NCBI GenBank assembly: GCA_964016885.1
Contig: OZ024740.1
Span: 292,516,001-292,580,000, forward strand
From: Eledone cirrhosa
Taxonomy: Eukaryota
Length of the DNA stretch: 64,000 nucleotides
Direction: 5' to 3'
Part shown: piece by piece, positions 44,110 through 57,983 of the stretch
Position numbering within the stretch: position 1 is the stretch's first letter
Layout of the letters: the number at the start of each line of letters is the position of its first letter
Position numbers and translations under genes: made by a program
Notes under the pieces: generated by a model
The model's database searches: none
Told to the model about the DNA's origin: nothing
The model's input: the letters and a program-made list of their open reading frames with translations, nothing else

Positions 44110-45860
44110 TTAATTGTAAGTTGTGATGTTGCTGTTCCACTCATGTTTTCTATTTAATTTTGGTTGTAATTCTTTTATGTTTATTACCTCTGTGATTTGT
44201 CTAAACATTGCGTCTTTTCTGTGTGTAGATTCTATTTCTATGTTCTCTAATTTACCCTTATGTTCTATTTTAGCATGTTGGTAGAGTACAGATGATTCTT
44301 TACTATCTTGAAGGTCTCGCCAGTGTTCATTTATCCGTTCCCCTACACTACGAGCTGTCTCACCTATGTACACTATATTTTTGTCTCTACATTGTCCTTC
44401 AGTACATCTTATGCTATATACTACATTTCTAGTTTTACAGTTAATATGGAGGCTTAATTTACAGGTTATACATTTCTTATCTATACAGGGGGTCTTTGAA
44501 AAGGGTGTCTTGCTAATAAGTGTTTTTATGGAGGTACCTGGTCTTTCTACTATCTTAATATTGAGTTTATGTTTATCTAGGGCCCTTCTAAATTTGTAAG
44601 CTAATTCACCTCTAGGGGTTGTATCGATGAACATTACACTCTGGTATTTATTGCTATCATACCATGAGTTTATTCTATTAGCCTTATTCCTAGTTCTTTC
44701 TATTCTATTCCAAAATTTGCTCCTATACAAGAGGCAGGTCCCATTTGTGTCATTATTTACCATTTTTTCCCATTTGGTTCTGGCTCCTCTATACACTCTG
44801 ATTCTATCTCTCTGATTGTAACCAGAGAACTGCATACGGTGGATGAAGTGTTGTATGTGTCTCTCTAGTTCTTCGGGGCTGCACATGCGGGACACGTTTC
44901 TCATCACCCGTACCAAATTTGCAATCAGTATGTTGATTTTGGTATGGTCCGAAACAGCTGAGTTTCGGTGGATCAGATATTTGGAAGTCATGGGTTTGAC
45001 ATAATGGGAATGGAGGATTTGTTTTTTGTTATTAATGGTATCTAACCAGAGCTCTGTGTCTAGTACAGGTAATCGATGGTTGGGGTGTTTACTTGGGTAG
45101 TCTATAGTAACTCTAATACTCTGGTGGATGGAGTTAGCTATTTGCTGGATGCTTTCCATTGTGTTTTTCTCTAATTCCTGACTGTTCTCTAGTGGGGGTG
45201 TTTTAACTACGATGTTTATATCATCAACGTAGCGGGAGTACATTATCAGGGTTAAGGGGTCTTCTAATTGTTCTTTAAGTTTAAGTTTAAGTCTACTGTC
45301 CCACCATACCATGAATAAGTTAGCTATGTCGTCTGCAATGCTAACACCAATGGCTGCTCCCTCCTCTTGGGCATATGTTTTTCCATTAAATTTGAACATA
45401 CGTTCCTTAAGGGTTAATTTTATGCTGGCCCCACCGCATGTGCAATCATTTTCTTTAGTTCATCGTGGTTTTCGGGGGTCCGTATGGCTCTGGTCCACCC
45501 GTTCCATCTATCTGTGTGGGTTTTCTTTGCCATTGAGGTAATGGTAGGTGGTCTGCCTCTTGCTGGTCTTGTAGGGCACAGGTTGCTAAGGTCATATGTG
45601 TCTAGGTAATTATTACTATAGGTAAGTTTAAGTAGGAGTCCCAGCTCACTGGTATCAATCCCACGGAACTCAACATTGCTGTCACTGATCATTTCTACGC
45701 ATTTCTCCACAGCAAAATCCACCTCAATAGATGGATACAGGGACACAACATCCATACTACCTATTATGCAGTTTGTTAGGTCCCTAGATCGGTTACTCTC
45801 GCCGATTCTGGTGAGGAGGTCCTCCGTGCTGTCGCATACATCTGGGGACATTTCAATGAT
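44110..45860 (-). pseudogene. PLE reverse transcriptase plus GIY-YIG endonuclease (5'-truncated, frameshift near 45420)
   Basis: IIGSMDVVSLYPSI (motif A), GAAIGVSIADDIANLFM (B'), YSRYVDDI (C), LPVLD, HYVKP, CIDKKCITC linker, NVVYSIRC...YIGET.R...R..EH. Confidence 0.93.
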
Positions 45861-45959
45861 GGGGCGTATGATATAATAAATTGAAGTGAAAGCAACTGGT
45901 GCGTGTGTTTCTTATTGGCAACATGACCCTCCCAAAGTATAACAATATATATATATATA

Positions 45960-46513
45960 TATACTACTGTACGTCTGCATACATATATGTATGTACGTAT
46001 ACATACATACTTATACTTGAGTATCAGTCGTACTAAGAGTGAGAAATGAAATTTCGTTTCATTCTTTTCCATTTATCGTTTTCGGTGCGCCCAGCCAACT
46101 GAACTCACTCGATATGCAAATTAGGCTGCTCAGCCATTAATATGCATAAGGAAAGTATATACTTTCAGACATTCAACCATCTGGCAGGAAAGTATACGAT
46201 GCTGAAGATAGCTAATAAGCTTGAAACTAGTACATCGTTCCTGTGTTAGTGTTTAACAAAAAGGTGACGTGGTTGCCTAAACACTGTACGGCGTAATTCG
46301 GGCTGTTTGTTTGTTTACAAACAAACAAACCGTGCATTATAGTAAGTGTTTGGTAAACCGATACGTGCATATATATATGTGTGCATGTATATATATACAT
46401 ACTAGTGTGCGTCTGTATACATATATGTATGTACGTATACATACATACATACTTACATTTAAGTAAGTGCCGTCCTAAGAGTAGGAAATGAAATTTCGTT
46501 TCATTCTATTCCA
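45960..46513 (+). mobile_element. Retrozyme-like non-coding unit: direct repeats ~440 bp apart with an internal hammerhead
   Basis: 45960-46071 repeats at 46398-46513; hammerhead at 46185-46243; further copy at 13165-13346. Confidence 0.6.
46185..46243 (+). ncRNA. Type I hammerhead ribozyme, complete fold
   Basis: CAGGA-(AAGTAT bulge)-ACGATG-CTGAAGA-T-AGCT/AATA/AGCT-T-GAAA-C-TA-GTA|CATCGT-TCCTG: 6+5-bp stem I, palindromic ACTAGT stem III, GUA triplet. Confidence 0.82.
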
Positions 46514-46561
46514 CCGCCGGGGTCATACATTTTCCTATATATATATATATATATATATATA

Positions 46562-46620
46562 TTCTCTTTTACTCTTTTACCTGTTTCAGCCATCCGGCTG
46601 AGGCCATGCTGGGGCACCGC
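46562..46620 (-). mobile_element. 3' end of an abundant octopus-type SINE
   Basis: CTCTTTTACTCTTTTAC.TGTTTCAG.CAT...GGCCATGCTGG.GCACCGC, recognised from memory of Octopus repeats. Confidence 0.6.
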
Positions 46621-46626
46621 ATATAT

Positions 46627-46800
46627 ATATTTATTAAAACAGCAGATTAAAGTTTAAGCAAAGAATCGCTGGTTTCTCCCTTAACAGGATCTTCTTAAAC
46701 TTTAATCTGTTATTTTAATAAATATTTGCTCTAGGGTTCTTATATATTTGATATATATTTATCCTTATCGAGCCCTCTTTGGATTTTAGTCTTCACATTT
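46627..46800 (+). mobile_element. Fold-back element, family D
   Basis: Inverted arms ATTTATTAAAA.A.CAGATTAAAGTTTAAG / CTTAAACTTTAATCTGTTATTTTAATAAAT plus a tail; homologous to 4037-4105, 4265-4335, 4417-4469 and 61075-61128. Confidence 0.75.
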
Positions 46801-46808
46801 ATTATTAT

Positions 46809-46896
<88 letters not shown>

Positions 46897-46964
46897 ATAT
46901 ATATATATGCAAAAGTTCTATTTAAAATTGTTGGGATACAACAAGTAAATATTTTTATAACTGA

Positions 46965-47300
46965 TATAAAGCACTCGACAAGTATTTGGAGTAGATATAC
47001 GATATTAATAAATGGAAACTATATTTATAAAACCATATCTATTTCATTATACATATTTCAGGGATACCAAATTAAATTATGGTATGCCTTCATCAGACAA
47101 AATACAATATATAACACTATCCGGATGGCTTCCAAAAACAATGGTTGCATTTTGAAAGGGTACGTCAAATCTTATTTGTAAAACTGTTATATATTGTATT
47201 TTGTCTGATGAAGGCATACCATAATTTAATTTGGTATCTCTGAAATATGTATAATGAAATAGATATGGTTTTATAAATATAGTTTCCATTTATTAATATC

Positions 47301-47305
<5 letters not shown>
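46965..47305 (-). mobile_element. Fold-back element, family E: ~120-bp near-perfect arms, ~68-bp loop
   Basis: 46997-47118 versus 47186-47305; (TA)n flanks; hammerhead in each arm. Confidence 0.88.
47197..47261 (+). ncRNA. Minimal type I hammerhead ribozyme (mirror copy on the minus strand at ~47040-47104)
   Basis: TATTTTGT-CTGATGA-AGGCATACCA/loop/TGGTATCTCT-GAAA-TATGTA-TA|ATGAAATA; stem I uses two G-U pairs. Confidence 0.7.
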
Positions 47306-47336
<31 letters not shown>

Positions 47337-47338
<2 letters not shown>

Positions 47339-47596
47339 TTTGTTCTGTTCTGTTGTACACAACTTTGTTCAGCTGTTGTACACAAGATGGTGTAGGACAG
47401 AACAAAGGAGAGACACAAAATAAAAACCTAGTCACTGAGGAGGTCACAGAATGTGTGACGAAAGAGCTTTGACAATATATAAACAACCTTCCGGTTGTCG
47501 AACCAACCAACCAGCCGGAAATTTATGATGAAAGAGAAACCGACAGTACGTGTGTTTTTATTGGCAACATGACCCTCCCAAAGTATAACAATATCT
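47337..47596 (+). mobile_element. Family F pLTR fragment with hammerhead, abutting the satellite
   Basis: Reverse complement of 43711-43965; GTCA-CTGAGGA-G-GTCACA/TGTGAC-GAAAGAGCTT-TGAC at ~47431-47473. Confidence 0.85.
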
Positions 47597-47598
47597 GT

Positions 47599-50500
47599 AA
47601 TGACTGTAGTGATGGTGGTGGTGATGACAGTGGTGATGGTGGTGGTGATGACTGTAGTGATGGTGGTGGTGATGACAGTGGTGATGGTGGTGGTGATGAC
47701 TGTAGTGATGGTGGTGGTGATGACTGTAGTGATGGTGGTGGTGATGACAGTGGTGATGGTGGTGGTGATGACTGTAGTGATGGTGGTGGTGATGACTGTA
47801 GTGATGGTGGTGGTGATGACAGTGGTGATGGTGGTGGTGATGACTGTAGTGATGGTGGTGGTGATGACTGTAGTGATGGTGGTGGTGATGACTGTAGTGA
47901 TGGTGGTGGTGATGACTGTAGTGATGGTGGTGGTGATGACTGTAGTGATGGTGGTGGTGATGACAGTAGTGATGGTGGTGGTGATGACTGTAGTGATGGT
48001 GGTGGTGATGACAGTGGTGATGGTGGTGGTGATGACTGTAGTGATGGTGGTGGTGATGACTGTAGTGATGGTGGTGGTGATGACTGTAGTGATGGTGGTG
48101 GTGATGACTGTAGTGATGGTGGTGGTGATGACAGTGGTGATGGTGGTGGTGATGACAGTGGTGATGGTGGTGGTGATGACTGTAGTGATGGTGGTGGTGA
48201 TGACAGTAGTGATGGTGGTGGTGATGACAGTGGTGATGGTGGTGGTGATGACTGTAGTGATGGTGGTGGTGATGACTGTAGTGATGGTGGTGGTGATGAC
48301 AGTGGTGATGGTGGTGGTGATGACTGTAGTGATAGTGGTGGTGATGACTGTAGTGTTGGTGGTGGTGATGACTGTAGTGATGGTGGTGGTGATGACTGTA
48401 GTGATGGTGGTGGTGATGACTGTAGTGATGGTGGTGGTGATGACTGTAGTGATGGTGGTGGTGATGACTGTAGTGATGGTGGTGGTGATGACAGTGGTGA
48501 TGGTGGGGGTGATGACTGTAGTGATAGTGGTGGTGATGACAGTGGTGATGGTGGTGGTGGTGACAGTGGTGATGGTGGTGGTGATGACTGTAGTGATGGT
48601 GGTGGTGATGACTGTAGTGATGGTGGTGGTGATGACAGTGGTGATGGTGGGGGTGATGACTGTAGTGATAGTGGTGGTGATGACAGTGGTGATGGTGGTG
48701 GTGGTGACAGTGGTGATGGTGGTGGTGATGACTGTAGTGATGGTGGTGGTGATGACTGTAGTGATGGTGGTGGTGATGACAGTGGTGATGGTGGTGGTGA
48801 TGACTGTAGTGATGGTGGTGGTGATGACAGTAGTGATGGTGGTGGTGATGACTGTGGTGATGGTGGTGGTGATGACTGTAGTGATGGTGGTGGTGATGAC
48901 TGTGGTGATGGTGGTGGTGATGACAGTGGTGATGGTGGTGGTGATGACTGTAGTGATGGTGGTGGTGATGACTGTAGTGATGGTGGTGGTGATGACTGTA
49001 GTGATGGTGGTGGTGATGACAGTGGTGATGGTGGTGGTGATGACTGTAGTGATGGTGGTGGTGATGACAGTAGTGATGGTGGTGGTGATGACTGTAGTGA
49101 TGGTGGTGGTGATGACAGTGGTGATGGTGGTGGTGATGACTGTAGTGATGGTGGTGGTGATGACTGTAGTGATGGTGGTGGTGATGACAGTAGTGATGGT
49201 GGTGGTGATGACTGTAGTGATGGTGGTGGTGATGACTGTAGTGATGGTGGTGGTGATGACAGTGGTGATGGTGGTGGTGATGACTGTAGTGTGGTGGTGG
49301 TGATGACAGTGCTGATGGTGGTGGTGATGACTGTGGTGATGGTGGTGGTGATGACTGTAGTGATGGTGGTGGTGATGACAGTAGTGATGGTGGTGGTGAT
49401 GACAGTAGTGATGGTGGTGGTGATGACAGTGGTGATGGTGGTGGTGATGACTGTAGTGATGGTGGTGGTGATGACTGTAGTGATGGTGGTGGTGATGACT
49501 GTAGTGATGGTGGTGGTGATGACTGTAGTGATGGTGGTGGTGATGACTGTAGTGATGGTGGTGGTGATGACAGTAGTGATGGTGGTGGTGATGACAGTAG
49601 TGATGGTGGTGGTGATGACAGTGGTGATGGTGGTGGTGATGACTGTAGTGATGGTGGTGGTGATGACTGTAGTGATGGTGGTGGTGATGACTGTAGTGAT
49701 GGTGGTGGTGATGACAGTGGTGATGGTGGTGGTGATGACTGTAGTGATGGTGGTGGTGATGACAGTGGTGATGGTGGTGGTGATGACTGTGGTGATGGTG
49801 GTGGTGATGACTGTAGTGATGGTGGTGGTGATGACAGTAGTGATGGTGGTGGTGATGACAGTAGTGATGGTGGTGGTGATGACTGTAGTGATGGTGGTGG
49901 TGATGACAGTGGTGATGGTGGTGGTGATGACTGTAGTGATGGTGGTGGTGATGACTGTAGTGATGGTGGTGGTGATGACTGTAGTGATGGTGGTGGTGAT
50001 GACTGTAGTGATGGTGGTGGTGATGACTGTAGTGATGGTGGGGGTGATGACAGTGGTGGTAGTGGTGGTGATGACTGTAGTGATGGTGGTGGTGATGACT
50101 GTAGTGATGGTGGTGGTGATGACAGTGGTGATGGTGGTGGTGATGACAGTGGTGATGGTGGTGGTGATGACTGTAATGATGGTGGTGGTGATGACAGTGG
50201 TGGTGGTGGTGGTGATGACTGTAGTGATGGTGGTGGTGATGACAGTGGTGGTGGTGGTGGTGATGACTGTAGTGATGGTGGTGGTGATGACTGTAGTGAT
50301 GGTGGTGGTGATGACTGTGGTGATGGTGGTGGTGATGACTGTGGTGATGGTGGTGGTGATGACAGTGGTGATGGTGGTGGTGATGACAGTGGTGATGGTG
50401 GTGGTGGTGACAGTGGTGATGGTGGTGGTGATGACTGTAGTGATGGTGGTGGTGATGACTGTAGTGATGGTGGTGGTGATGACTGTAGTGATGGTGGTGG

Positions 50501-53500
50501 TGATGACAGTGGTGGTGGTGGTGGTGATGACTGTAGTGATGGTGGTGGTGATGACAGTAGTGATGGTGGTGGTGATGACTGTGGTGATGGTGGTGGTGAT
50601 GACAGTGGTGATGGTGGTGGTGATGAGAGTGGTGATGGTGGTGGTGATGACTGTAGTGATGGTGGTGGTGATGACTGTAGTGATGGTGGTGGTGATGACT
50701 GTGGTGATGGTGGTGGTGATGACAGTGGTGATGGTGGTGGTGATGACAGTGGTGATGGTGGTGGTGATGACTGTAGTGGTGGTGGTGGTGATGACTGTAG
50801 TGATGGTGGTGGTGATGACTGTGGTGATGGTGGTGGTGATGACAGTGGTGATGGTGGTGGTGATGACTGTAGTGATGGTGGTGGTGATGACTGTAGTGAT
50901 GGTGGTGGTGATGACTGTGGTGATGGTGGTGGTGATGACAGTGGTGATGGTGGTGGTGATGACTGTAGTGATGGTGGTGGTGATGACTGTGGTGATGGTG
51001 GTGGTGATGACAGTGGTGATGGTGGTGATGATGACAGTGGTGATGGTGGTGGTGAAGACTGTAGTGATGGTGGTGGTGATGACTGTAGTGATGGTGGTGG
51101 TGATGACTGTAGTGATGGTGGTGGTGATGACTGTAGTGATGGTGGTGGTGATGACAGTGGTGATGACAGTGGTGATGGTGGTGGTGATGACAGTGGTGAT
51201 GGTGGTGGTGATGACTGTAGTGATGGTGGTGGTGATGACTGTAGTGATGGTGGTGGTGATGACAGTGGTGATGGTGGTGGTGATGACTGTAGTGATGGTG
51301 GTGGTGATGACAGTAGTGATGGTGGTGGTGATGACTGTAGTGATGGTGGTGGTGATGACAGTAGTGATGGTGGTGGTGAGGACTGTAGTGATGGTGGTGG
51401 TGATGACAGTGGTGATGGTGGTGGTGATGACTGTAGTGATGGTGGTGGTGATGACTGTAGTGATGGTGGTGGTGATGACAGTAGTGATGGTGGTGGTGAT
51501 GACTGTAGTGATGGTGGTGGTGATGACAGTGGTGATGGTGGTGGTGATGACTGTAGTGATGGTGGTGGTGATGACAGTGGTGATGGTGGTGGTGATGACT
51601 GTAGTGATGGTGGTGGTGATGACAGTGGTGATGGTGGTGGTGATGACTGTAGTGATGGTGGTGGTGATGACTGTAGTGATGGTGGTGGTGATGACAGTAG
51701 TGATGGTGGTGGTGATGACTGTAGTGATGGTGGTGGTGATAACTGTGGTGATGGTGGTGGGGATGACTGTAGTGATGGTGGTGTTGATGACTGTAGTGAT
51801 GGTGGTGGTGATGACTGTAGTAATGGTGGTGGTGATGACTGTGGTGATGGTGGTGGTGATGACAGTGGTGATGGTGGTGGTGATGACTGTAGTGATGGTG
51901 GTGGTGATGACAGTGTTGATGGTGGTGGTGATAACTGTGGTGATGGTGGTGGTGATGACAGTAGTGATGGTGGTGGTGATGACTGTAGTGATGGTGGTGG
52001 TGATGACAGTGGTGATGGTGGTGGTGATGACTGTAGTGATGGTGGTGGTGATGACAGTGGTGATGGTGGTGGTGATGACTGTAGTGATGGTGGTGGTGAT
52101 GACTGTAGTGATGGTGGTGGTGATGACAGTGGTGATGGTGGTGGTGATGACTGTAGTGATGGTGGTGGTGATGACAGTGGTGATGGTGGTGGTGATGACT
52201 GTAGTGATGGTGGTGGTGATGACTGTAGTGATGGTGGTGGTGATGACAGTGTTGATGGTGGTGGTGATGACTGTAGTGATGGTAATGGTGATGACTGTAG
52301 TGATGGTGGTGGTGATGACTGTAGTGATGGTGGTGGTGATGACTGTAGTGATGGTGGTGGTGATGACTGTAGTGATGGTGGTGGTGATGACTGTAGTGAT
52401 GGTGGTGGTGATGACTGTAGTGATGGTGGTGGTGATGACAGTGGTGATGGTGGTGGTGATGACTGTAGTGATGGTGGTGGTGATGACTGTAGTGATGGTG
52501 GTGGTGATGACAGTGGTGATGGTGGTGGTGATGACTGTAGTGATGGTGGTGGTGATAACTGTGGTGATGGTGGTGGTGATGACTGTAGTGATGGTGGTGG
52601 TGATGACTGTAGTGATGGTGGTGGTGATGACTGTAGTGATGGTGGTGGTGATGACTGTAGTGATGGTGGTGGTGACTGTGGTGATGGTGGTGGTGATGAC
52701 TGTAGTGATGGTGGTGATGACTGTGTGATGGTGGTGGTGATGACTGTAGTGATGTGGTGGTGACTGTAGTGTGGTGGTGATGACTAGTGTGTGGTGATGA
52801 CTGTAGTGATGGTGGTGGTGATGACTGTAGTGATGGTGGTGGTGATGACTGTGGTGATGGTGGTGGTGATGACTGTAGTGATGGTGGTGGTGATGACAGT
52901 GGTGATGGTGGTGGTGATGACTGTAGTGATGGTGGTGGTGATGACAGTGGTGATGGTGGTGGTGATGACTGTAGTGATGGTGGTGGTGATGACTGTAGTG
53001 ATGGTGGTGGTGATGACTGTAGTGATGGTGGTGGTGATGACTGTAGTGATGGTGGTGGTGATGACAGTAGTGATGGTGGTGGTGATGACAGTGGTGATGG
53101 TGGTGGTGATGACTGTAGTGATGGTGGTGGTGATGACTGTAGTGATGGTGGTGGTGATGACTGTAGTGATGGTGGTGGTGATGACTGTAGTGATGGTGGT
53201 GGTGATGACTGTAGTGATGGTGGTGGTGATGACAGTGGTGATGGTGGTGGTGATGACTGTAGTGATGGTGGTGGTGATGACTGTAGTGATGGTGGTGGTG
53301 ATGACAGTAGTGATGGTGGTGGTGATGACTGTAGTGATGGTGGTGGTGATGACTGTGGTGATGGTGGTGGTGATGACTGTAGTGATGGTGGTGGTGATGA
53401 CAGTAGTGATGGTGGTGGTGATGACTGTAGTGATGGTGGTGGTGATGACTGTGGTGATGGTGGTGGTGATCACTGTAGTGATGGTGGTGGTGATGACTGT

Positions 53501-55516
53501 AGTGATGGTGGTGGTGATGACAGTGGTGATGGTGGTGGTGATGACTGTAGTGATGGTGGTGGTGATGACAGTAGTGATGGTGGTGGTGATGACTGTAGTG
53601 ATGGTGGTGGTGATGACAGTGGTGATGGTGGTGGTGATGACAGTAGTGATGGTGGTGGTGATGACAGTAGTGATGGTGGTGGCTGATGACTGTAGTGATG
53701 GTGGTGGTGATGACAGTGGTGATGGTGGTGGTGATGACTGTAGTGATGGTGGTGGTGATGACTGTAGTGATGGTGGTGGTGATGACTGTAGTGATGGTGG
53801 TGGTGATGACAGTGGTGATGGTGGTGGTGATGACTGTAGTGATGGTGGTGGTGATGACAGTGGTGATGGTGGTGGTGATGACTGTAGTGATGGTGGTGGT
53901 GATGACAGTGGTGATGGTGGTGGTGATGACTGTAGTGATGGTGGTGGTGATGACTGTAGTGATGGTGGTGGTGATGACAGTGGTGATGGTGGTGGTGATG
54001 ACTGTAGTGATGGTGGTGGTGATGACTGTAGTGATGGTGGTGGTGATGACAGTGGTGATGGTGGTGGTGATGACTGTAGTGATGGTGGTGGTGATGACAG
54101 TGGTGATGGTGGTGGTGATGACTGTAGTGATGGTGGTGGTGATGACTGTAGTGATGGTGGTGGTGATGACTGTGGTGATGGTGGTGGTGATGACTGTAGT
54201 GATGGTGGTGGTGATGACAGTGGTGATGGTGGTGGTGATGACTGTAGTGATGGTGGTGGTGATGACTGTAGTGATGGTGGTGGTGATGACTGTAGTGATG
54301 GTGGTGGTGATGACAGTGGTGATGGTGGTGGTGATGACTGTAGTGATGGTGGTGGTGATGACAGTGGTGATGGTGGTGGTGATGACTGTAGTGATGGTGG
54401 TGGTGATGACTGTAGTGATGGTGGTGGTGATGACTGTAGTGATGGTGGTGGTGATGACAGTGGTGATGGTGGTGGTGATGACTGTAGTGATGGTGGTGGT
54501 GATGACTGTAGTGATGGTGGTGGTGATGACTGTAGTGATGGTGGTGGTGATGACAGTGGTGATGGTGGTGGTGATGACAGTGTGATGGTGGTGGTGATGA
54601 CTGTAGTGATGGTGGTGGTGATGACAGTGGTGATGGTGGTGGTGATGACTGTAGTGATGGTGGTGGTGATGACAGTAGTGATGGTGGTGGTGATGATTGT
54701 AGTGATGGTGGTGGTGATGACAGTGGTGATGGTGGTGGTGATGACTGTGGTGATGGTGGTGGTGATGACTGTAGTGATGGTGGTGGTGATGACTGTAGTG
54801 ATGGTGGTGGTGATGACTGTAGTGATGGTGGTGGTGATGACTGTAGTGATGGTGGTGGTGATGACAGTGGTGATGGTGGTGGTGATGACTGTAGTGATGG
54901 TGGTGGTGATGACTGTAGTGATGGTGGTGGTGATGACTGTAGTGATGGTGGTGGTGATGACAGTGGTGATGGTGGTGGTGATGACTGTAGTGATGGTGGT
55001 GGTGATGACAGTGGTGATGGTGGTGGTGATGACTGTAGTGATGGTGGTGGTGATGACAGTGGTGATGGTGGTGGTGATGACTGTAGTGATGGTGGTGGTG
55101 ATGACAGTGGTGATGGTGGTGGTGATGACTGTAGTGATGGTGGTGGTGATGACTGTAGTGATGGTGGTGGTGATGACAGTGGTGATGGTGGTGGTGATGA
55201 CTGTAGTGATGGTGGTGGTGATGACTGTAGTGATGGTGGTGGTGATGACAGTGGTGATGGTGGTGGTGATGACTGTAGTGATGGTGGTGGTGATGACAAT
55301 GGTGATGGTGGTGGTGATGACTGTAGTGATGGTGGTGGTGATGACTGTAGTGATGGTGGTGGTGATGACTGTGGTGATGGTGGTGGTGATGATTGTAGTG
55401 ATGGTGGTGGTGATGACAGTGGTGATGGTGGTGGTGATGACTGTGGTGATGGTGGTGGTGATGACTGTAGTGATGGTGGTGGTGATGACTGTAGTGATGG
55501 TGGTGGTGATGACAGT
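47599..55516. repeat. 24-bp tandem satellite GATGAC(T/A)GT(A/G)GTGATGGTGGTGGT, ~330 copies, running into an assembly gap
   Basis: Directly visible; length divided by 24 gives ~330. Confidence 0.97.
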
Positions 55517-55716
55517 NNNNNNNNNNNNNNNNNNNNNNNNNNNNNNNNNNNNNNNNNNNNNNNNNNNNNNNNNNNNNNNNNNNNNNNNNNNNNNNNNNNN
55601 NNNNNNNNNNNNNNNNNNNNNNNNNNNNNNNNNNNNNNNNNNNNNNNNNNNNNNNNNNNNNNNNNNNNNNNNNNNNNNNNNNNNNNNNNNNNNNNNNNNN
55701 NNNNNNNNNNNNNNNN
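55517..55716. other. Assembly gap (200 N)
   Basis: Run of n. Confidence 1.
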
Positions 55717-56051
55717 ATACGTATATGTATATATATATATGTATATATATATATGTATATATGTATATGTATATATATATATGTATATATATATATGTAT
55801 ATATATATATGTATATATGTATATGTATATATATATATGCATATATGTATATATGTATGTATATATATATATGTATATGTATGTATATATATATATGTAT
55901 GTATATATATATATGTATATATATGTATATGTATATGTATATATGTATATGTATATGTATATATATATATGTATGTATATATATATATGTATATATATGT
56001 ATATGTATATGTATATATGTCTATGTATATATATATATGTATATATATATG

Positions 56052-56108
<57 letters not shown>

Positions 56109-56157
56109 GTATATATATGTATATATATATATGTATATATGTATATGTATATATATA

Positions 56158-56188
<31 letters not shown>

Positions 56189-56299
56189 GTATGTATATAT
56201 ATATATGTATGTATATATATATATGTATGTATATATATATATATGTATGTATATATATATATATGTATGTATGTATATATGTATATATATATATATGTG

Positions 56300-56330
<31 letters not shown>

Positions 56331-56353
56331 GTATATATATATGTATATATATG

Positions 56354-56386
<33 letters not shown>

Positions 56387-56623
56387 TATATATATGTATA
56401 TATATGTATATATATATATATATATGTATATATATGTATATATATATATATGTATATATATGTATATATATATGTATATATATGTATATGTATATATATA
56501 TATATGTATATGTATATATATATGTATATGTATATATATATGTATATGTATATATATATATGTATATGTATATATATATGTATATGTATATATATATATG
56601 TATATATATGTATATATATATGT

Positions 56624-56671
<48 letters not shown>

Positions 56672-56680
56672 GTATATGTG

Positions 56681-56711
<31 letters not shown>

Positions 56712-56755
56712 GTATATATATATACGTATATATATATATATGTATATGTATATAT

Positions 56756-56804
<49 letters not shown>

Positions 56805-57781
56805 GTATATATATGTATATGTATATATATATATGTATATATATATATGTATATATATATATGTATATATATATGTATATGTATGTATATATATATATGT
56901 ATATATATATATGTATATATATATATGTATATGTATGTATATATATATATGTATATATATGTATATGTATGTATATATATATATATATGTATATATATAT
57001 GTATATATGTATATATGTATATATGTATATATGTATATATATGTATATATGTATATATATGTATATATGTATATATATGTATATGTATATATATGTATAT
57101 ATGTATATATATGTATATATGTATAATATATATATATATGTATATATATATATGTATATGTATATGTATATATATGTATATATGATATATATGTATATAT
57201 GTATATATATATGTATATATATGTATATATGTATATATATATGTATAATATATATATGTATATATATGTATATATGTATATATATGTATATATGTATATA
57301 TATATATATATATATATGTATATGTATATATGTATATGTATATATATATATGTATATATATATATGTATATGTATATATATGTATATGTATATGTGTATA
57401 TATATATATGTATATGTATATATGTATATATATATATGTATATGTATATATATGTATATGTATATGTGTATATATATATATGTATATATATATATGTATA
57501 TATGTATATATATATATGTATATGTATATATATGTATATGTATATGTATGTATATATATATGTATATGTATGTATATATATATGTGTATGTATGTATATA
57601 TATATATGTATATATGTATATGTATATATGTATATATATATGTATATATGTATAATATATATGTATATATGTATATATATATATGTATATATGTATATAT
57701 GTATATGTATATGTATATATATGTATATATGTATATATATATATATGTATATATGTATATGTATATATACATATATATATG

Positions 57782-57830
<49 letters not shown>

Positions 57831-57952
57831 GTATATGTATATGTATATATATGTATATGTATATGTATATATATATATATATGATATATATATATGTATA
57901 TATATATATATATGTATATATATGTATATGTATATATATGTATATGTATATC

Positions 57953-57983
<31 letters not shown>

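Larger units (their letters stand above)
43656..45948 (-). mobile_element. Penelope-like element (C-terminal EN+, Cys-rich linker; Neptune/Nematis-like), 5'-truncated with inverted pLTR piece
   Basis: 45872-45948 is the inverse of 43712-43788; unique 3' tail 43656-43711; (TA)n on both flanks; RT and GIY-YIG coding inside. Confidence 0.92.

Noticed and set aside
47599-55516. CRISPR-like periodicity
   Set aside because: No unique spacers, no cas genes, and a eukaryotic context
47523-57185. Very long DDCSDGGG, poly-His, Thr-rich and Ser/Pro-rich ORFs (mucin-, extensin- or His-rich-protein-like)
   Set aside because: Translations of the 24-bp satellite. Frames switch at indels, there is no signal peptide or splice context, and the start codon lies in a PLE pLTR. 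Coding is not strictly excluded without RNA data.
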